Below are positions 18,889-28,682 of a stretch of DNA of 64,000 nucleotides, one piece after another. The position numbers and the translations under genes are program-made. This DNA comes from an uncultured Phycisphaeraceae bacterium. Lineage in GTDB: Bacteria > Planctomycetota > Phycisphaerae > Phycisphaerales > Phycisphaeraceae. The stretch is taken from assembly GCA_964556215.1 (NCBI GenBank), contig CAZKVP010000003.1:15419-79418 (forward strand). The letters run 5' to 3'. How positions within the stretch are numbered: position 1 is the stretch's first letter; every line of letters begins with the position of its first letter. The notes below the pieces were generated by a model. The model did not search any database. It was not told the origin of the DNA and worked only from the letters and a program-made list of their open reading frames with translations.

Positions 18889-20298
18889 TTACCGGCGCGA
18901 CTGAATCCCGTACAACGCCGTCTCAAAGGCCTGCAACTCGTCCTCGGACAGCGAGGTGGACATGTCACCAAGGCCCGGCGCGTTGGTCTGGTCAAGCAAC
19001 GGGTCCGGGAAGGGCAGCGACTCGGCGGTGTCGGCCACGCCGGTGACCGACAACGATTCCACGCGCAATTCCGACAGTTCGGTGGCGGCCTTGGACAACT
19101 TGTCGTTGGTGCGGCGCAGGCGGTGGTTGAGATGCTGGGCCAGGGGGAAGAGCATCTTGATCGCCATCCACGGCTCCTGGCGCATGATCTCCACGAAATC
19201 TTCGCGGGCGAAAGCCAGCGTGGTGGTGGGCTTGTCGGCCACCACGTCGGCCGAGCGCAGGGCGTTCTCGAGCAGGGCCATTTCGCCAAAGGCGTCGTTG
19301 GCCCGCACCGAGGCCAGCCGGCCGCCCTTCTTGCGCACCTCGGCATGGCCGGAGAGGCACACAAACAGGCGGTGGTCGTCGGCCCCGTCGGTGATGATGT
19401 AATCGCCCGCCTTGTGTTTTTGCAACTGGCAGCGGTTGAAAATGCGGGTCAATTCGACCAGATCCAAGCGGCTGAAAATCGGCATGCGGCGGAAGAAGGC
19501 GATGCGCGAGGCCAGTTCCTTGTCATGCTCAAGCGTCTGCCCCTCGATGCCCACCACCACGGCGGTGATGTTGTCCACCCCGCCGCAGGCGTTGCATTCG
19601 GAGATCAGGATCTCGGGCACCTGCGCGGCTTTCTCGGATGTCATGATGTCCAGGATGTCCGGGCTGCCAAGGTGGGTGGTGACCCCGTCGCTGCACAACA
19701 GGAAGGTGTCACCGTTCATCGGCTCGATCACCAGCACATCCGGATCCACCAGGGGCGCCGGGCTGCCAAGGCAGCGGGTGATGCGGGCGCCCTTGTTGGA
19801 ATTCATCATTTCCTGCAGGGATTGGCTGCCGGAATGCACGCTCTCGATGGCGTAGTTGTGGTCGCGGGTCAGCGCGTGCAGGCGGCCGCGCCGGCACAGG
19901 TAGGCGCGCGAATCACCAAGATGGGCGAAGGTGATGTGGTCGCCCAGCACGACCATCAGCACCAGGGTGCAGGCCATGCCCGCCCGGTCGGGCGATGCGG
20001 CGGCCGACTTCCTGATGGCTTCGTGGGCGGCCTGCACGGCGTCGCGGATCAGGACGATGATGTCGGCGCAGTTGAACACCGTGGTGACGCGGCGGCAATT
20101 CTCCAGCCGCTCCAGGTGCGACAGCAGATAGTCGCGGATGATGTCGCAGGCCATGCGCGAGGCGACCTCGCCGGCGGCCTGGCCGCCCAACCCGTCGCAT
20201 ACCGCAAACACCCTCAACTTTTCGTCCGTGAAGTAGGAATCTTCGTTGTGCTGGCGCTTGCGGCCCACATGGGTCATGGCGGAAACGGTGGTTTTCAT
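18889..20298 (-). CDS. PP2C-family Ser/Thr phosphatase fused to a cyclic-nucleotide-binding domain
   Basis: PP2C motifs [29 protein letters not shown] and [10 protein letters not shown]. cNMP-binding motifs FGEMALL and RSADVVA. Confidence 0.85.
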   Translation of the reverse strand: MKTTVSAMTHVGRKRQHNEDSYFTDEKLRVFAVCDGLGGQAAGEVASRMACDIIRDYLLSHLERLENCRRVTTVFNCADIIVLIRDAVQAAHEAIRKSAAASPDRAGMACTLVLMVVLGDHITFAHLGDSRAYLCRRGRLHALTRDHNYAIESVHSGSQSLQEMMNSNKGARITRCLGSPAPLVDPDVLVIEPMNGDTFLLCSDGVTTHLGSPDILDIMTSEKAAQVPEILISECNACGGVDNITAVVVGIEGQTLEHDKELASRIAFFRRMPIFSRLDLVELTRIFNRCQLQKHKAGDYIITDGADDHRLFVCLSGHAEVRKKGGRLASVRANDAFGEMALLENALRSADVVADKPTTTLAFAREDFVEIMRQEPWMAIKMLFPLAQHLNHRLRRTNDKLSKAATELSELRVESLSVTGVADTAESLPFPDPLLDQTNAPGLGDMSTSLSEDELQAFETALYGIQSRR

Positions 20299-20400
20299 GC
20301 GGCCATCTTAGGCGCACAGGGGCCCCAGTTCAATTTGAAATTTCCCGGCGTATACTCTCCGGACTGTTTCATACCCCTTTTCCCACACCTTGGAGGCCCC

Positions 20401-21339
20401 ATGTCCGAGTCCCTGCTGCGCCGCAAATCCTACAACTCCGTCGTTGAGACCACCTTTGACACCCCTTTGGTCAAACTCAACCGCATCGCCCCGGCCGGAG
20501 CCCATGTGCTGGTCAAGCTCGAGTTCTTCAACCCGCTGTCCTCAGTCAAGGACCGCATCGGCCGCGCCATGATCGAAGACGCTGAAAAAAGCGGTAAACT
20601 CACCAAGGCCTCGCATATCATCGAGCCCACCTCGGGCAACACCGGCATCGCGCTGGCCTTCGTGGCCGCCGCCAAGGGGTACAAACTGACCCTGACCATG
20701 CCCGAAACCATGAGCATCGAGCGCCGCGCCCTGCTCAAGGCCTTGGGCGCCAACTTGGTGCTGACCCCGGCCGCCGAAGGCATGAAAGGCGCCATCGCCA
20801 AGGCCCTGGCCATGGCCGCCGAAGACGCCAGCGCCTGGGTGCCCCAACAGTTTGAAAACCCGGCCAACCCGGCCGTCCACTATGCCACCACCGGCCCGGA
20901 AATCTGGGCCGACACCCAGGGCAAGATCGACATCCTGGTGGCCGGCGTGGGCACCGGCGGCACCATCACCGGCGCCGGCCGCTTCCTGCGCGAACGCAAC
21001 CCCAACCTGCAAATCATCGCCGTCGAGCCCGAAACCTCGGCGGTCATTTCCGGCGGCAGCCCCGGCCCGCACAAAATCCAAGGTCTCGGCGCCGGCTTCA
21101 TCCCCAAGAATCTGGACACCGCCATCCTGACCGGCACCGAAAATGTCAGCAACGACGACGCCTTCGCCTGGGCCCGCCGTCTGGCCAAAGAAGAAGGCAT
21201 CCTGGGCGGCATCTCGTCGGGCGCCAATGTCTGCGCCGCCGTGCGCCTGGCCGCCGCCAACCCCGGCAAGGTGGTGGTGACGGTCTCGCCGTCGTTTGGC
21301 GAGCGCTACCTCTCCACCCCGCTGTTCCAGGAAGCCTGA
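20401..21339 (+). CDS. cysK: Cysteine synthase A (O-acetylserine sulfhydrylase)
   Basis: Internal ATG follows GGAGG. Motifs [23 protein letters not shown] and [10 protein letters not shown]. The upstream 426 codons of the listed ORF are antisense to the PP2C gene. Confidence 0.9.
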   Translation: MSESLLRRKSYNSVVETTFDTPLVKLNRIAPAGAHVLVKLEFFNPLSSVKDRIGRAMIEDAEKSGKLTKASHIIEPTSGNTGIALAFVAAAKGYKLTLTMPETMSIERRALLKALGANLVLTPAAEGMKGAIAKALAMAAEDASAWVPQQFENPANPAVHYATTGPEIWADTQGKIDILVAGVGTGGTITGAGRFLRERNPNLQIIAVEPETSAVISGGSPGPHKIQGLGAGFIPKNLDTAILTGTENVSNDDAFAWARRLAKEEGILGGISSGANVCAAVRLAAANPGKVVVTVSPSFGERYLSTPLFQEA

Positions 21340-21390
21340 ACGCGAACGCGGCGGCCCGCCGCGCATCATGCGATTTAAAACAAAACAACG

Positions 21391-21436
21391 CAACGCGCAC
21401 CGCACTTGCCAAGCATGTGCGGCGCGCGTTGTTTTT
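21391..21436 (+). terminator. Intrinsic terminator after cysK
   Basis: 15-bp stem with one mismatch (CAACGCGCACCGCAC / GTGCGGCGCGCGTTG), 11-nt loop, then T5. Confidence 0.6.
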
Positions 21437-21446
21437 CGCATTGCCC

Positions 21447-22709
21447 TCACCCCGCCACCCGCGCCCACAGCACCAGCCAGGCCAGCGCGGCCAGCGTGAC
21501 GGGCACGCCAAGGCGGGCGAATTCCCCCAGCGAAATTTTCACCCCCATCACCCTGGCCTGCTGCACCACGATGATGTTGGACATGCTGCCCACGATCAGC
21601 AGGCTGCCGCCGAAACTGTTGGCCAGCGCCAGCACATAGGCCGCCGTCGGGTGGTGGGCCACATCCACCACCTTGACCAGCAGCATGACCGCGGCGGTGT
21701 TGTTGATCAGGTTGGAAAGGGCCGCCGTCACCACCGCCAGCATCGGCAGTGCATTGATGTCAAGCCCGCTTTGGGCCAGGTCCAGGGCGGCCTGGTCGGG
21801 GTAATGGGTGGTCTGCAGGGTGCCGGTGACGATGAACAGGCTGATGAACAGGATGAGCACCGGCCAATCCACCAACCCCAGAAGGTCCTCGGTCCTGAAT
21901 TTGTGGCTGGCCAGATGGATGGCCGCGGCGGTCAGCACCACCAGCTCCTTGGGCAGGGGCGTGAGAAACAGCAGAACCACCACAACCAGAATGACCACCC
22001 CCTTGGTCGCATGGCGCCGGTTGAACGGGTGCTCCGGCAGTTGCACGACGGGCGCATGCCCCGGCGCCGTGACCAGCCGGTTTTTGGAGAACAACCAGAT
22101 GATGCCATAGGCCGACGCCAGCGACAGCGCCACCGGCACCGCGCACCAGAGCGCATAGCGGCCGAAATCAAGGCCGGCAACCTGCGCGATCATCATGTCC
22201 TGCGGGTTGCCGATGACCGTGGCCGCCGCCCCGATGTTGCTGGCGATCGCCAGCGCCACCAAAAACGGCACGGGATTGAGGTTCCTGCGCACCAGCGCCG
22301 GCGTGATGACCGGCACGAAAGCCAGGCACACGATGTCGTGGTTGAGAAAGGACGACAACCCGGCCGCCCCGGCCATCAGCAGAAAAAGAAAGCGCGCAGG
22401 CCGCTCCAACTCCCCGGCCAACAGGTCGGCGATCTTGTTGAAAAACCCCGAGATGCGCAATTGCGCCGCCAGCACGAAAAAGCCGAACAGCAGCAGGATG
22501 GTCGGCCAATCCACCAGACCGATGGCCTCATGGGTGGGTATGCGCGCGAACACCAGCATCGCGATGGCCCCCAACAGCGCGATGCCGGTGCGGTTCAATC
22601 GCAACCCCGGCACGCGCCCGATGGCAATGCCGAAATAGGTCAGGGCAAAGATCGCCAGAATGACCATCGGCGTGGCGTCGGGAAGCGGGATGGCGTGGAA
22701 CAGGGGCAT
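21447..22709 (-). CDS. ArsB/NhaD-superfamily (citrate-transporter-like) anion permease
   Basis: Polytopic protein. N-terminus MVILAIFALTYFGIAIGRVPGLRLNRTGIALLGA is typical of this superfamily. The start (22709) is uncertain. Confidence 0.7.
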   Translation of the reverse strand: MPLFHAIPLPDATPMVILAIFALTYFGIAIGRVPGLRLNRTGIALLGAIAMLVFARIPTHEAIGLVDWPTILLLFGFFVLAAQLRISGFFNKIADLLAGELERPARFLFLLMAGAAGLSSFLNHDIVCLAFVPVITPALVRRNLNPVPFLVALAIASNIGAAATVIGNPQDMMIAQVAGLDFGRYALWCAVPVALSLASAYGIIWLFSKNRLVTAPGHAPVVQLPEHPFNRRHATKGVVILVVVVLLFLTPLPKELVVLTAAAIHLASHKFRTEDLLGLVDWPVLILFISLFIVTGTLQTTHYPDQAALDLAQSGLDINALPMLAVVTAALSNLINNTAAVMLLVKVVDVAHHPTAAYVLALANSFGGSLLIVGSMSNIIVVQQARVMGVKISLGEFARLGVPVTLAALAWLVLWARVAG

Positions 22710-22939
22710 CGGAGAGGGGAAAAGGGAGGACGCCCCCCAATGATAGGGGGCCGGCAAGGGATGCCCAAAATAGGCGGGTAAAAGTCGCCTGTCCCAGGTT
22801 ATGCCAAGCGGTTTTTTATCGTCAGGACCGCACCGCAGGCCTGGCAGACGGCGCAACTGGCTGGAAAAATGAAAAAATAACGTTGCAACGCAGGTCTCCT
22901 TGCGCGTGCCAGGTTCCGTTCTTCCCACTTCTTGTTTCC

Positions 22940-25309
22940 ATGTCCATCCCCCGCACTCCGTCCGCCGTTGCCATCCTGCTCGCCGCTTTCGTCGCAGGTT
23001 GCCAATCCGCCCCGCAATCCCTCCATGCCGCCGGCGCGCCGCTGCCGCTGTCCCCAGCCGCCACCGCGCTGGAGGCCCAAACCAAAGCCGTGGCCAACCA
23101 CTGCGTGGCAGTCACTGTCGGCATCCTCTCCGCCCATGGCGCCGGCTTCGCCAGCGGCAGCGGCGTCTTGGTGTCGGCCGACGGCCTGATCCTCACCGCC
23201 GGCCACGTGGTGGACAAGCCCGGCACGCCCCTGATCCTGCGCCTGCCCAACGGCCGCGTGGTCAAGGGCGTGGCACTAGGCGTGGACCGCGGCATGGATT
23301 CGGGCATGGCCCGCATCACCGACCCCGCCCCGGCCGGCGGCTGGCCGTTCGCCCGCATCGCGCCGGCCGATTCGGCCAAGCCCGGTGATTGGGTGCTGGC
23401 CACCGGCAATCCCGGCGGCGTGGTGGTGGGGCGCAACCCGCCCCTGCGCCTGGGCCGCGTCACCATCCACGACAAAGAGCGCATCCAATCCGACTGCACC
23501 GTGGTCTCCGGCGACTCGGGCGGCCCGTTGTTCGACTTGTCCGGCCGCGTGGTGGGCATCCACAGCAACATCAGCCTGAGCGTGGACGAGAACCGCCATG
23601 TGCCAGTCAGCATCTATCGCGCGCAGTGGCAGGACCTGCTTGCCGGCAAGACCCTCCAATCCGGCGGCGGCATGCTGGACCACGACCATGCCAATGGGCG
23701 GCGCCACCATCGGCCGGGCCAAGTGGACGCGGATCTCTCCCGCATCGGCGAAGCCCTTGGGAAACTGGTGAAGGAAGGCGACGCCGAAGCCAAAAAACTG
23801 ATGGATGACGCCGCGGCCAATGGCGGCAACATGACGATGGATCCGGTCAAAGGCGCCGAATTGATCGCCCGCGCCAAGCTGCCACCAAAGGATGGCGCCA
23901 AGGCCGGTGCCCCGTCCATCGCCGATATTTCCCGCATCGGCGAAGCCCTCAAAAAACTTGTCAAAGAAGGCGACGCCGAAGCCAAAAAACTGATGGCCGA
24001 CGCCGCGGCCAACGGCGGCAAAATGAAGCTCGACGCCGCCAAAGCCGGCGCACTCGTCGCCCGCGCGAAATTGCCGCCGGCCCCGAAACAAGGGAGGGAG
24101 AAGTCCGGCATCCCCGCCGACATGCGCCCGATGATCCGCGCCCAAGTGAAATCCAGTCTGGAAAAACAGTTCCCCGGCGCCAATGTCACCGACGCGGTGC
24201 TTGAGCAGATCATGGACAAATCCACCTTCGACGCCGCCACCGGCCACCTGGCGTTGTCCCCCGATGTCGAAGACCTCAAGGCGATGGGCGTGTCCCCCGA
24301 AGCCATGGCCTCGCCCCAAACCACCCGCGTGTCGCAGCGCTTGGGCGAACGCTCGCTGCAGGCCCTCGCGCTGTTCGCCCCCGCGCTCGACGCCGTCGGC
24401 GACTGCATCGTCGATGTCTGCTCTGACGGCAAACCCATCCTGATGGGCACCGTGGTGGGCGCCGATGGCTGGATCGTCACCAAGGCCAGCGACCTTGGCG
24501 GCAAACTCTCGGTGGTGCTGGCCGACGGCCAGACCCTGGAGGCCAAGCTGGCGGGCTCCGACGAAGCGACCGACCTGGCCCTGCTCAAGGTGGAAGCCAA
24601 GGGCCTGGAAGCGGCCCCCTTCGCCGTCGACCATTCCCCGCTTGGGGCGTGGCTGGTCTCCCCGGTGCGCGACCCCAACCGGCCGGCCGTGGGCCTGGTC
24701 AGCGTGGCGGCCCGCCCCATTCCGGCGAAGTTCACCCACTTCCAAGGCGAGCAGAAGATCATGATCGGCCTGACGCCTGCCGGTAATCCGGGCAGCATGG
24801 AGATCGGCGAAGTCGTCGCCGGCCTGCCCGCCGCCACCGCCGGCGTGAAGTCCGGCGACAAAATCCTGGCCCTTGACGGCCAGCCGGTGTCCGACTGGAT
24901 GAAATTCGTGGCCAAGGTGAAGGAAGGCAAGCCCGGCCAGGTCATGGTGCTCAAGGCCCGCCGCGACAGCCAGGAGATGGAATTCAAGATGACCCTGGGC
25001 GGCGGCAAGTCCAAGAGCGTCACCAACGACAGCATCGGCGAGACTGACAAGGTCGCCGGCGGCAAATTGAGCAAGCGCCGCAGCGGCTTCCCGTCCGCCA
25101 TCCAGCACGACGCGGTGGTGTGGGCCGACCAATGCGGCGGCCCCTTGGTGGATCTGCGCGGCAAGGTGGTCGGCGTGAACATCGCGCGCTACGACCGCGT
25201 GTGCACCTTCGCCATCCCGGCCAGCCTGGTGCGCCAGACCGTGGCCCGCCTGCGCATGGCGGCGCTGGCCAAACCAGCGGACGCCGGCGGCTCGCGCCCC
25301 AAGCGCTAA
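22940..25309 (+). CDS. Lipoprotein with an active trypsin-like (S1C/HtrA-like) domain, two helical repeats, and a second degenerate trypsin-like domain interrupted by a PDZ domain
   Basis: Lipobox AAFVAGC. First domain has TAGHVV and GDSGGPLFD. Second domain has TKASDL, DLALLKV and ADQCGGPLVD. PDZ-like segment VAGLPAATAGVKSGDKILALDGQPV. Confidence 0.75.
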   Translation: MSIPRTPSAVAILLAAFVAGCQSAPQSLHAAGAPLPLSPAATALEAQTKAVANHCVAVTVGILSAHGAGFASGSGVLVSADGLILTAGHVVDKPGTPLILRLPNGRVVKGVALGVDRGMDSGMARITDPAPAGGWPFARIAPADSAKPGDWVLATGNPGGVVVGRNPPLRLGRVTIHDKERIQSDCTVVSGDSGGPLFDLSGRVVGIHSNISLSVDENRHVPVSIYRAQWQDLLAGKTLQSGGGMLDHDHANGRRHHRPGQVDADLSRIGEALGKLVKEGDAEAKKLMDDAAANGGNMTMDPVKGAELIARAKLPPKDGAKAGAPSIADISRIGEALKKLVKEGDAEAKKLMADAAANGGKMKLDAAKAGALVARAKLPPAPKQGREKSGIPADMRPMIRAQVKSSLEKQFPGANVTDAVLEQIMDKSTFDAATGHLALSPDVEDLKAMGVSPEAMASPQTTRVSQRLGERSLQALALFAPALDAVGDCIVDVCSDGKPILMGTVVGADGWIVTKASDLGGKLSVVLADGQTLEAKLAGSDEATDLALLKVEAKGLEAAPFAVDHSPLGAWLVSPVRDPNRPAVGLVSVAARPIPAKFTHFQGEQKIMIGLTPAGNPGSMEIGEVVAGLPAATAGVKSGDKILALDGQPVSDWMKFVAKVKEGKPGQVMVLKARRDSQEMEFKMTLGGGKSKSVTNDSIGETDKVAGGKLSKRRSGFPSAIQHDAVVWADQCGGPLVDLRGKVVGVNIARYDRVCTFAIPASLVRQTVARLRMAALAKPADAGGSRPKR
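23729..24079 (+). repeat. Two tandem copies of a repeat (copy offset 64 aa) inside the protease gene
   Basis: ADLSRIGEALGKLVKEGDAEAKKLMDDAAANGGNM...ARAKLPP aligns with ADISRIGEALKKLVKEGDAEAKKLMADAAANGGKM...ARAKLPP. Confidence 0.8.
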
Positions 25310-25412
25310 GCGCGGGCACCGGCCATGGGTGACCCCGTTCCAAGGCAAAACCGCAGCCTGAATTTTCCCCATGGGCTGTAACACCTCTTGGCCACCAGCG
25401 TCCATTTAGGCC

Positions 25413-26429
25413 ATGCCCAACACCCCCATCCTGCGTACGCTGACTTTTTCCACCCTGCTGGCCTGCCTGGCCGCCGCCCCGCTCACCCTCACCGGTTGCG
25501 CCGCCAGCCCGCTGCCGGTGGCCGCCGACGGCCGCCCGCTGATCACCAAACTCGGCACCATTGACCTCGACCTGTGCGAGACTTCGCCCTTCGTCTTCAA
25601 GGGCAAGCTCTACCGCTTGGAATGGCACCGCAAGGCCGGCCGTCTGCGCATCATGGACCACGACACGCGCGCCGAAGTGTCGCACTTTGGCAACAAGCAC
25701 CGCTTCCCCTGCGTCTTCGTCGACGGCGACACCGTGCATGTCTACGGCACCAAGGAGGACCGCGGCTGGTTCGGCAACACGCTGACCGTGTTCACCTCCA
25801 AAGATCTGGTCAACTGGAAAGAAGAGACCGCCTTCTCCGACAAGGACTTTGGCATCTGCAACACTTCGGTGTGCAAGGCCGGCGACCGCTACCTGATGTC
25901 CATCGAGGTCAATTCCGCCAGCAAGGTGACCAACGGCACCTTCGCCGCCCGCTTCCTGGAATCCAAGGACCTGATCCACTGGACGCTGACCCCCAAGGAA
26001 TGCCGCCACGGCTTTGACCGCGGCCTGTGCTCGCCGCACCTGATCCGCTACCACGACGGCTGGCATTACCTGTTCTCAACCATCCACAGTTCCAAGGGCT
26101 ATGTGCTGCAGCTGGCCCGTTCGCGCGATTTGGTGAAGTGGGAATACAGCCCCTTCAACCCCATCATGTGGGGCGAAGAGGCGGACAAGGTCCTCTTCAA
26201 TCCCGACCTGACGCCGACGCAGCGCGACAATGTGGCCAAGGCCCGCGACATCGACAACTCCGACATCGATTTCATCGACTACAAGGGCAAGCTCATCATC
26301 AACTACTGCTGGGGCAACCAGGTCGGCAAGGAATTCATCGCCGAGGCGCAGTACGCCGGCACCAGTGGGCAATATCTGGAAGGCTGGTTCCCTGCCAAAA
26401 AAAAATGCCCCTCCACAACAACACCATGA
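25413..26429 (+). CDS. Putative beta-propeller glycoside-hydrolase-like lipoprotein
   Basis: Lipobox LTLTGC. Blade-like motifs recur: SKDLVNW, SKDLIHW, SRDLVKW. Confidence 0.5.
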   Translation: MPNTPILRTLTFSTLLACLAAAPLTLTGCAASPLPVAADGRPLITKLGTIDLDLCETSPFVFKGKLYRLEWHRKAGRLRIMDHDTRAEVSHFGNKHRFPCVFVDGDTVHVYGTKEDRGWFGNTLTVFTSKDLVNWKEETAFSDKDFGICNTSVCKAGDRYLMSIEVNSASKVTNGTFAARFLESKDLIHWTLTPKECRHGFDRGLCSPHLIRYHDGWHYLFSTIHSSKGYVLQLARSRDLVKWEYSPFNPIMWGEEADKVLFNPDLTPTQRDNVAKARDIDNSDIDFIDYKGKLIINYCWGNQVGKEFIAEAQYAGTSGQYLEGWFPAKKKCPSTTTP

Positions 26430-28609
26430 ACATCTCCCTCGTCAAAGCCCTGCCCTTGACCGCCCTCCTGCTGGCCACTTGCGCCTCGGCGCAACCCGCC
26501 GCCGAAACCGCGCTGCCCGATTGCGTCGCCCTCGACGGCACGCCGACCCAGCCCAACCCGGTGGAAAAGGACGGACGCATCCTGCACTTCAAGGCCCCGG
26601 CGGTGCGCCTCTTGCGCACGAAGGCGGACAAGCCCAAGGGCACCGTGCTCATCTTCCCCAGCGGTGGTTACGCCGTGTTGTCGGTGATCGCCGACGGCAC
26701 GACCAAGGCGGAATTCTGGAACAAACTGGGCTACGACGCGGCCATCCTCGAATACACGATCAACCCGAAAGGTTCGACGCGCGACCAAGCACTCAAGGAT
26801 GCCTTGGCCGCCGTCGCCCTGGTGCGCGTCCACGCGAAAGAACTGGACCTGCACGACGGAGCCTTTATCCTGATGGGCGGCTCGGCCGGCGGCCACTTGG
26901 CGGCCCGCACGGTGGCGGCATTGCCCGAGAAGGAACGGCCCAACGCCGTCGTCCTCTTCTATCCGGCCTATCTCGAGGAAACCGCCCCCGGCCACAAAGA
27001 AGCCGGCATGCCGCTGCCGGAAGGCAAACTGCCGCGCTTGCTTGCCGCCATCGCCAAGGACGACAACCCCAAGTGGGTCGCCGGCGCCCGCGCTTATGCC
27101 GAGGCCTGGAACAAGGCGCCGGGCGGCGCCGGCAAGGCGGTCTTCCACCTGTTTGACGACGGCGGCCACGGCTTCCACAAGGACAGCCGCGCGGCGGCCA
27201 AATGGCCGGAACTGCTCACGGCTTTTGAGAGCGGCAAAGCAACCAAAACCGACGACACCACCTCCGACGGCCAGCACCAGGGTGGCGCACTCTTCTGGGG
27301 CTTCCACCGCATCACCAACGCCCCCGACCTGCCGCGCATCCTGCTGGTGGGCGACTCCATCGCCAACGGCTACCACGCGCAGGTGGCCAAATTGCTCAAG
27401 GGCAAGGCCAATGTGGATCTGTTCATCACCGGCCAGCATATCGCCAGCCCCAACTACCAGGCAGACTTGACCAAGGCACTCACGCACGGCCCGTATGCAG
27501 TCATCCACTTCAATGAATCTGGTCTGCACGCCTGGGTGCCGGGACGGGTGCCCGCCGGCCAATACGGCCCGCTGTTCGCGCAGGCCGTCGGCGTGCTGCG
27601 CGCCGGCTCGCCGCAAGCGCAATTGATCTGGGCCACCAACACCCCGTGCACGGTCGCCAACAAGCCCGGCGTGCTCGACCAAGCGTTGGAAAAGACCATC
27701 ACCGGCATGAACAACGACGCCCGCCCGGAAGCCGAGAAAGCCGGTATGGCCATCGATGACCTGCACACCCTGATGGCGGACAAACTCAACTTGGCGGCAG
27801 GCGACCGTTGGCACTGGAACGGCAAGGGAAAGGCGGTGCAGGCCGAGGCGGTGGCGGCTTGCGTGCTGGGCGCGCTGGCTGCCCCGGCCAAGGCAGATTC
27901 CACCAAAGAAAAACCCGCCGCAGACAAGCCCAACGCACCGGCCCCCGCGCGCGAAAACAAGGCCGTCCTCCCCGCCACCCAAAAAGGCAACGGCTACGAC
28001 TGGATGGCGCGCCACAAAGCCGTGCTCAAGGTCAAGGCCAACGTGAACCCCGATCTGGTGTTCATCGGCGATTCCATCACCCACTTTTGGGGTGGGGAGC
28101 CGGCCTCCTACAACCGAACCGGGGAAACGGTGCTCAAAACCGCCTTCGCCAACCACCGCATCCTCAACCTGGGCTGCGGCTCCGACCGCACCCAAAATAT
28201 CCTGTGGCGGCTCGACCACGGCGAATTGGAAGGGCTTGCCCCCAAGTGGGTCGTCATCCTCGCCGGCACCAACAACACCTCGGACGGCCAAACGGCCGAA
28301 GAAATCGTGGCCGGCATCCAAGCGGTGTGTGGCCGGGTCCAAAAACAGACGCCGCAAGCCAAAATCATCCTGATGGCGATCATGCCCCGCGACAACCCGG
28401 CGACTTCGCCGCGCCGGAAATTGATCGACACAGTCAACAGGCTCATCGCCGACTACGCGAAGAAAGAACACCTCATCCATCTCGACATCGGCGCCAAGTT
28501 CCTTGACGCCAAGGGATCCATCCCGAAGTCGCTCATGCCCGACTTGTGCCACCCGAATGCGCAGGGCTACCAGTTCTGGGCCGATGCACTGTTGCCACTG
28601 CTCAAGTGA
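26426..28609 (+). CDS. Three-domain carbohydrate esterase: alpha/beta-hydrolase plus two SGNH/GDSL domains
   Basis: ATGA overlap with the upstream gene. Signal peptide. Motifs GGSAGGHLAA, LLVGDSIANGY, FIGDSITHFWGG, ILAGTNN and DLCHPNAQGYQFWA. Confidence 0.7.
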   Translation: MNISLVKALPLTALLLATCASAQPAAETALPDCVALDGTPTQPNPVEKDGRILHFKAPAVRLLRTKADKPKGTVLIFPSGGYAVLSVIADGTTKAEFWNKLGYDAAILEYTINPKGSTRDQALKDALAAVALVRVHAKELDLHDGAFILMGGSAGGHLAARTVAALPEKERPNAVVLFYPAYLEETAPGHKEAGMPLPEGKLPRLLAAIAKDDNPKWVAGARAYAEAWNKAPGGAGKAVFHLFDDGGHGFHKDSRAAAKWPELLTAFESGKATKTDDTTSDGQHQGGALFWGFHRITNAPDLPRILLVGDSIANGYHAQVAKLLKGKANVDLFITGQHIASPNYQADLTKALTHGPYAVIHFNESGLHAWVPGRVPAGQYGPLFAQAVGVLRAGSPQAQLIWATNTPCTVANKPGVLDQALEKTITGMNNDARPEAEKAGMAIDDLHTLMADKLNLAAGDRWHWNGKGKAVQAEAVAACVLGALAAPAKADSTKEKPAADKPNAPAPARENKAVLPATQKGNGYDWMARHKAVLKVKANVNPDLVFIGDSITHFWGGEPASYNRTGETVLKTAFANHRILNLGCGSDRTQNILWRLDHGELEGLAPKWVVILAGTNNTSDGQTAEEIVAGIQAVCGRVQKQTPQAKIILMAIMPRDNPATSPRRKLIDTVNRLIADYAKKEHLIHLDIGAKFLDAKGSIPKSLMPDLCHPNAQGYQFWADALLPLLK

Positions 28610-28682
28610 AGGCGTACCGCTTGCGAAGGGCCGGGGAGACGATTTATCTGTTTAATTTGGACTGTAGTTCCTAATACTAGTT

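Noticed and set aside
19123-20400. N-terminal 426 codons of the listed 738-aa ORF 19123..21339
   Set aside because: They are antisense to the PP2C/cNMP-binding gene. The cysK homology begins only at the ATG at 20401, which has a GGAGG site upstream.
23276-25405. 709-aa and 522-aa ORFs on the minus strand
   Set aside because: They are antisense to the protease gene, whose catalytic and PDZ motifs are clear. Both are Gly/Ala/His/Arg-rich shadow frames.
26303-28552. 749-aa ORF on the minus strand
   Set aside because: It is antisense to the esterase gene, which carries GDSL/SGNH and GxSxG motifs.
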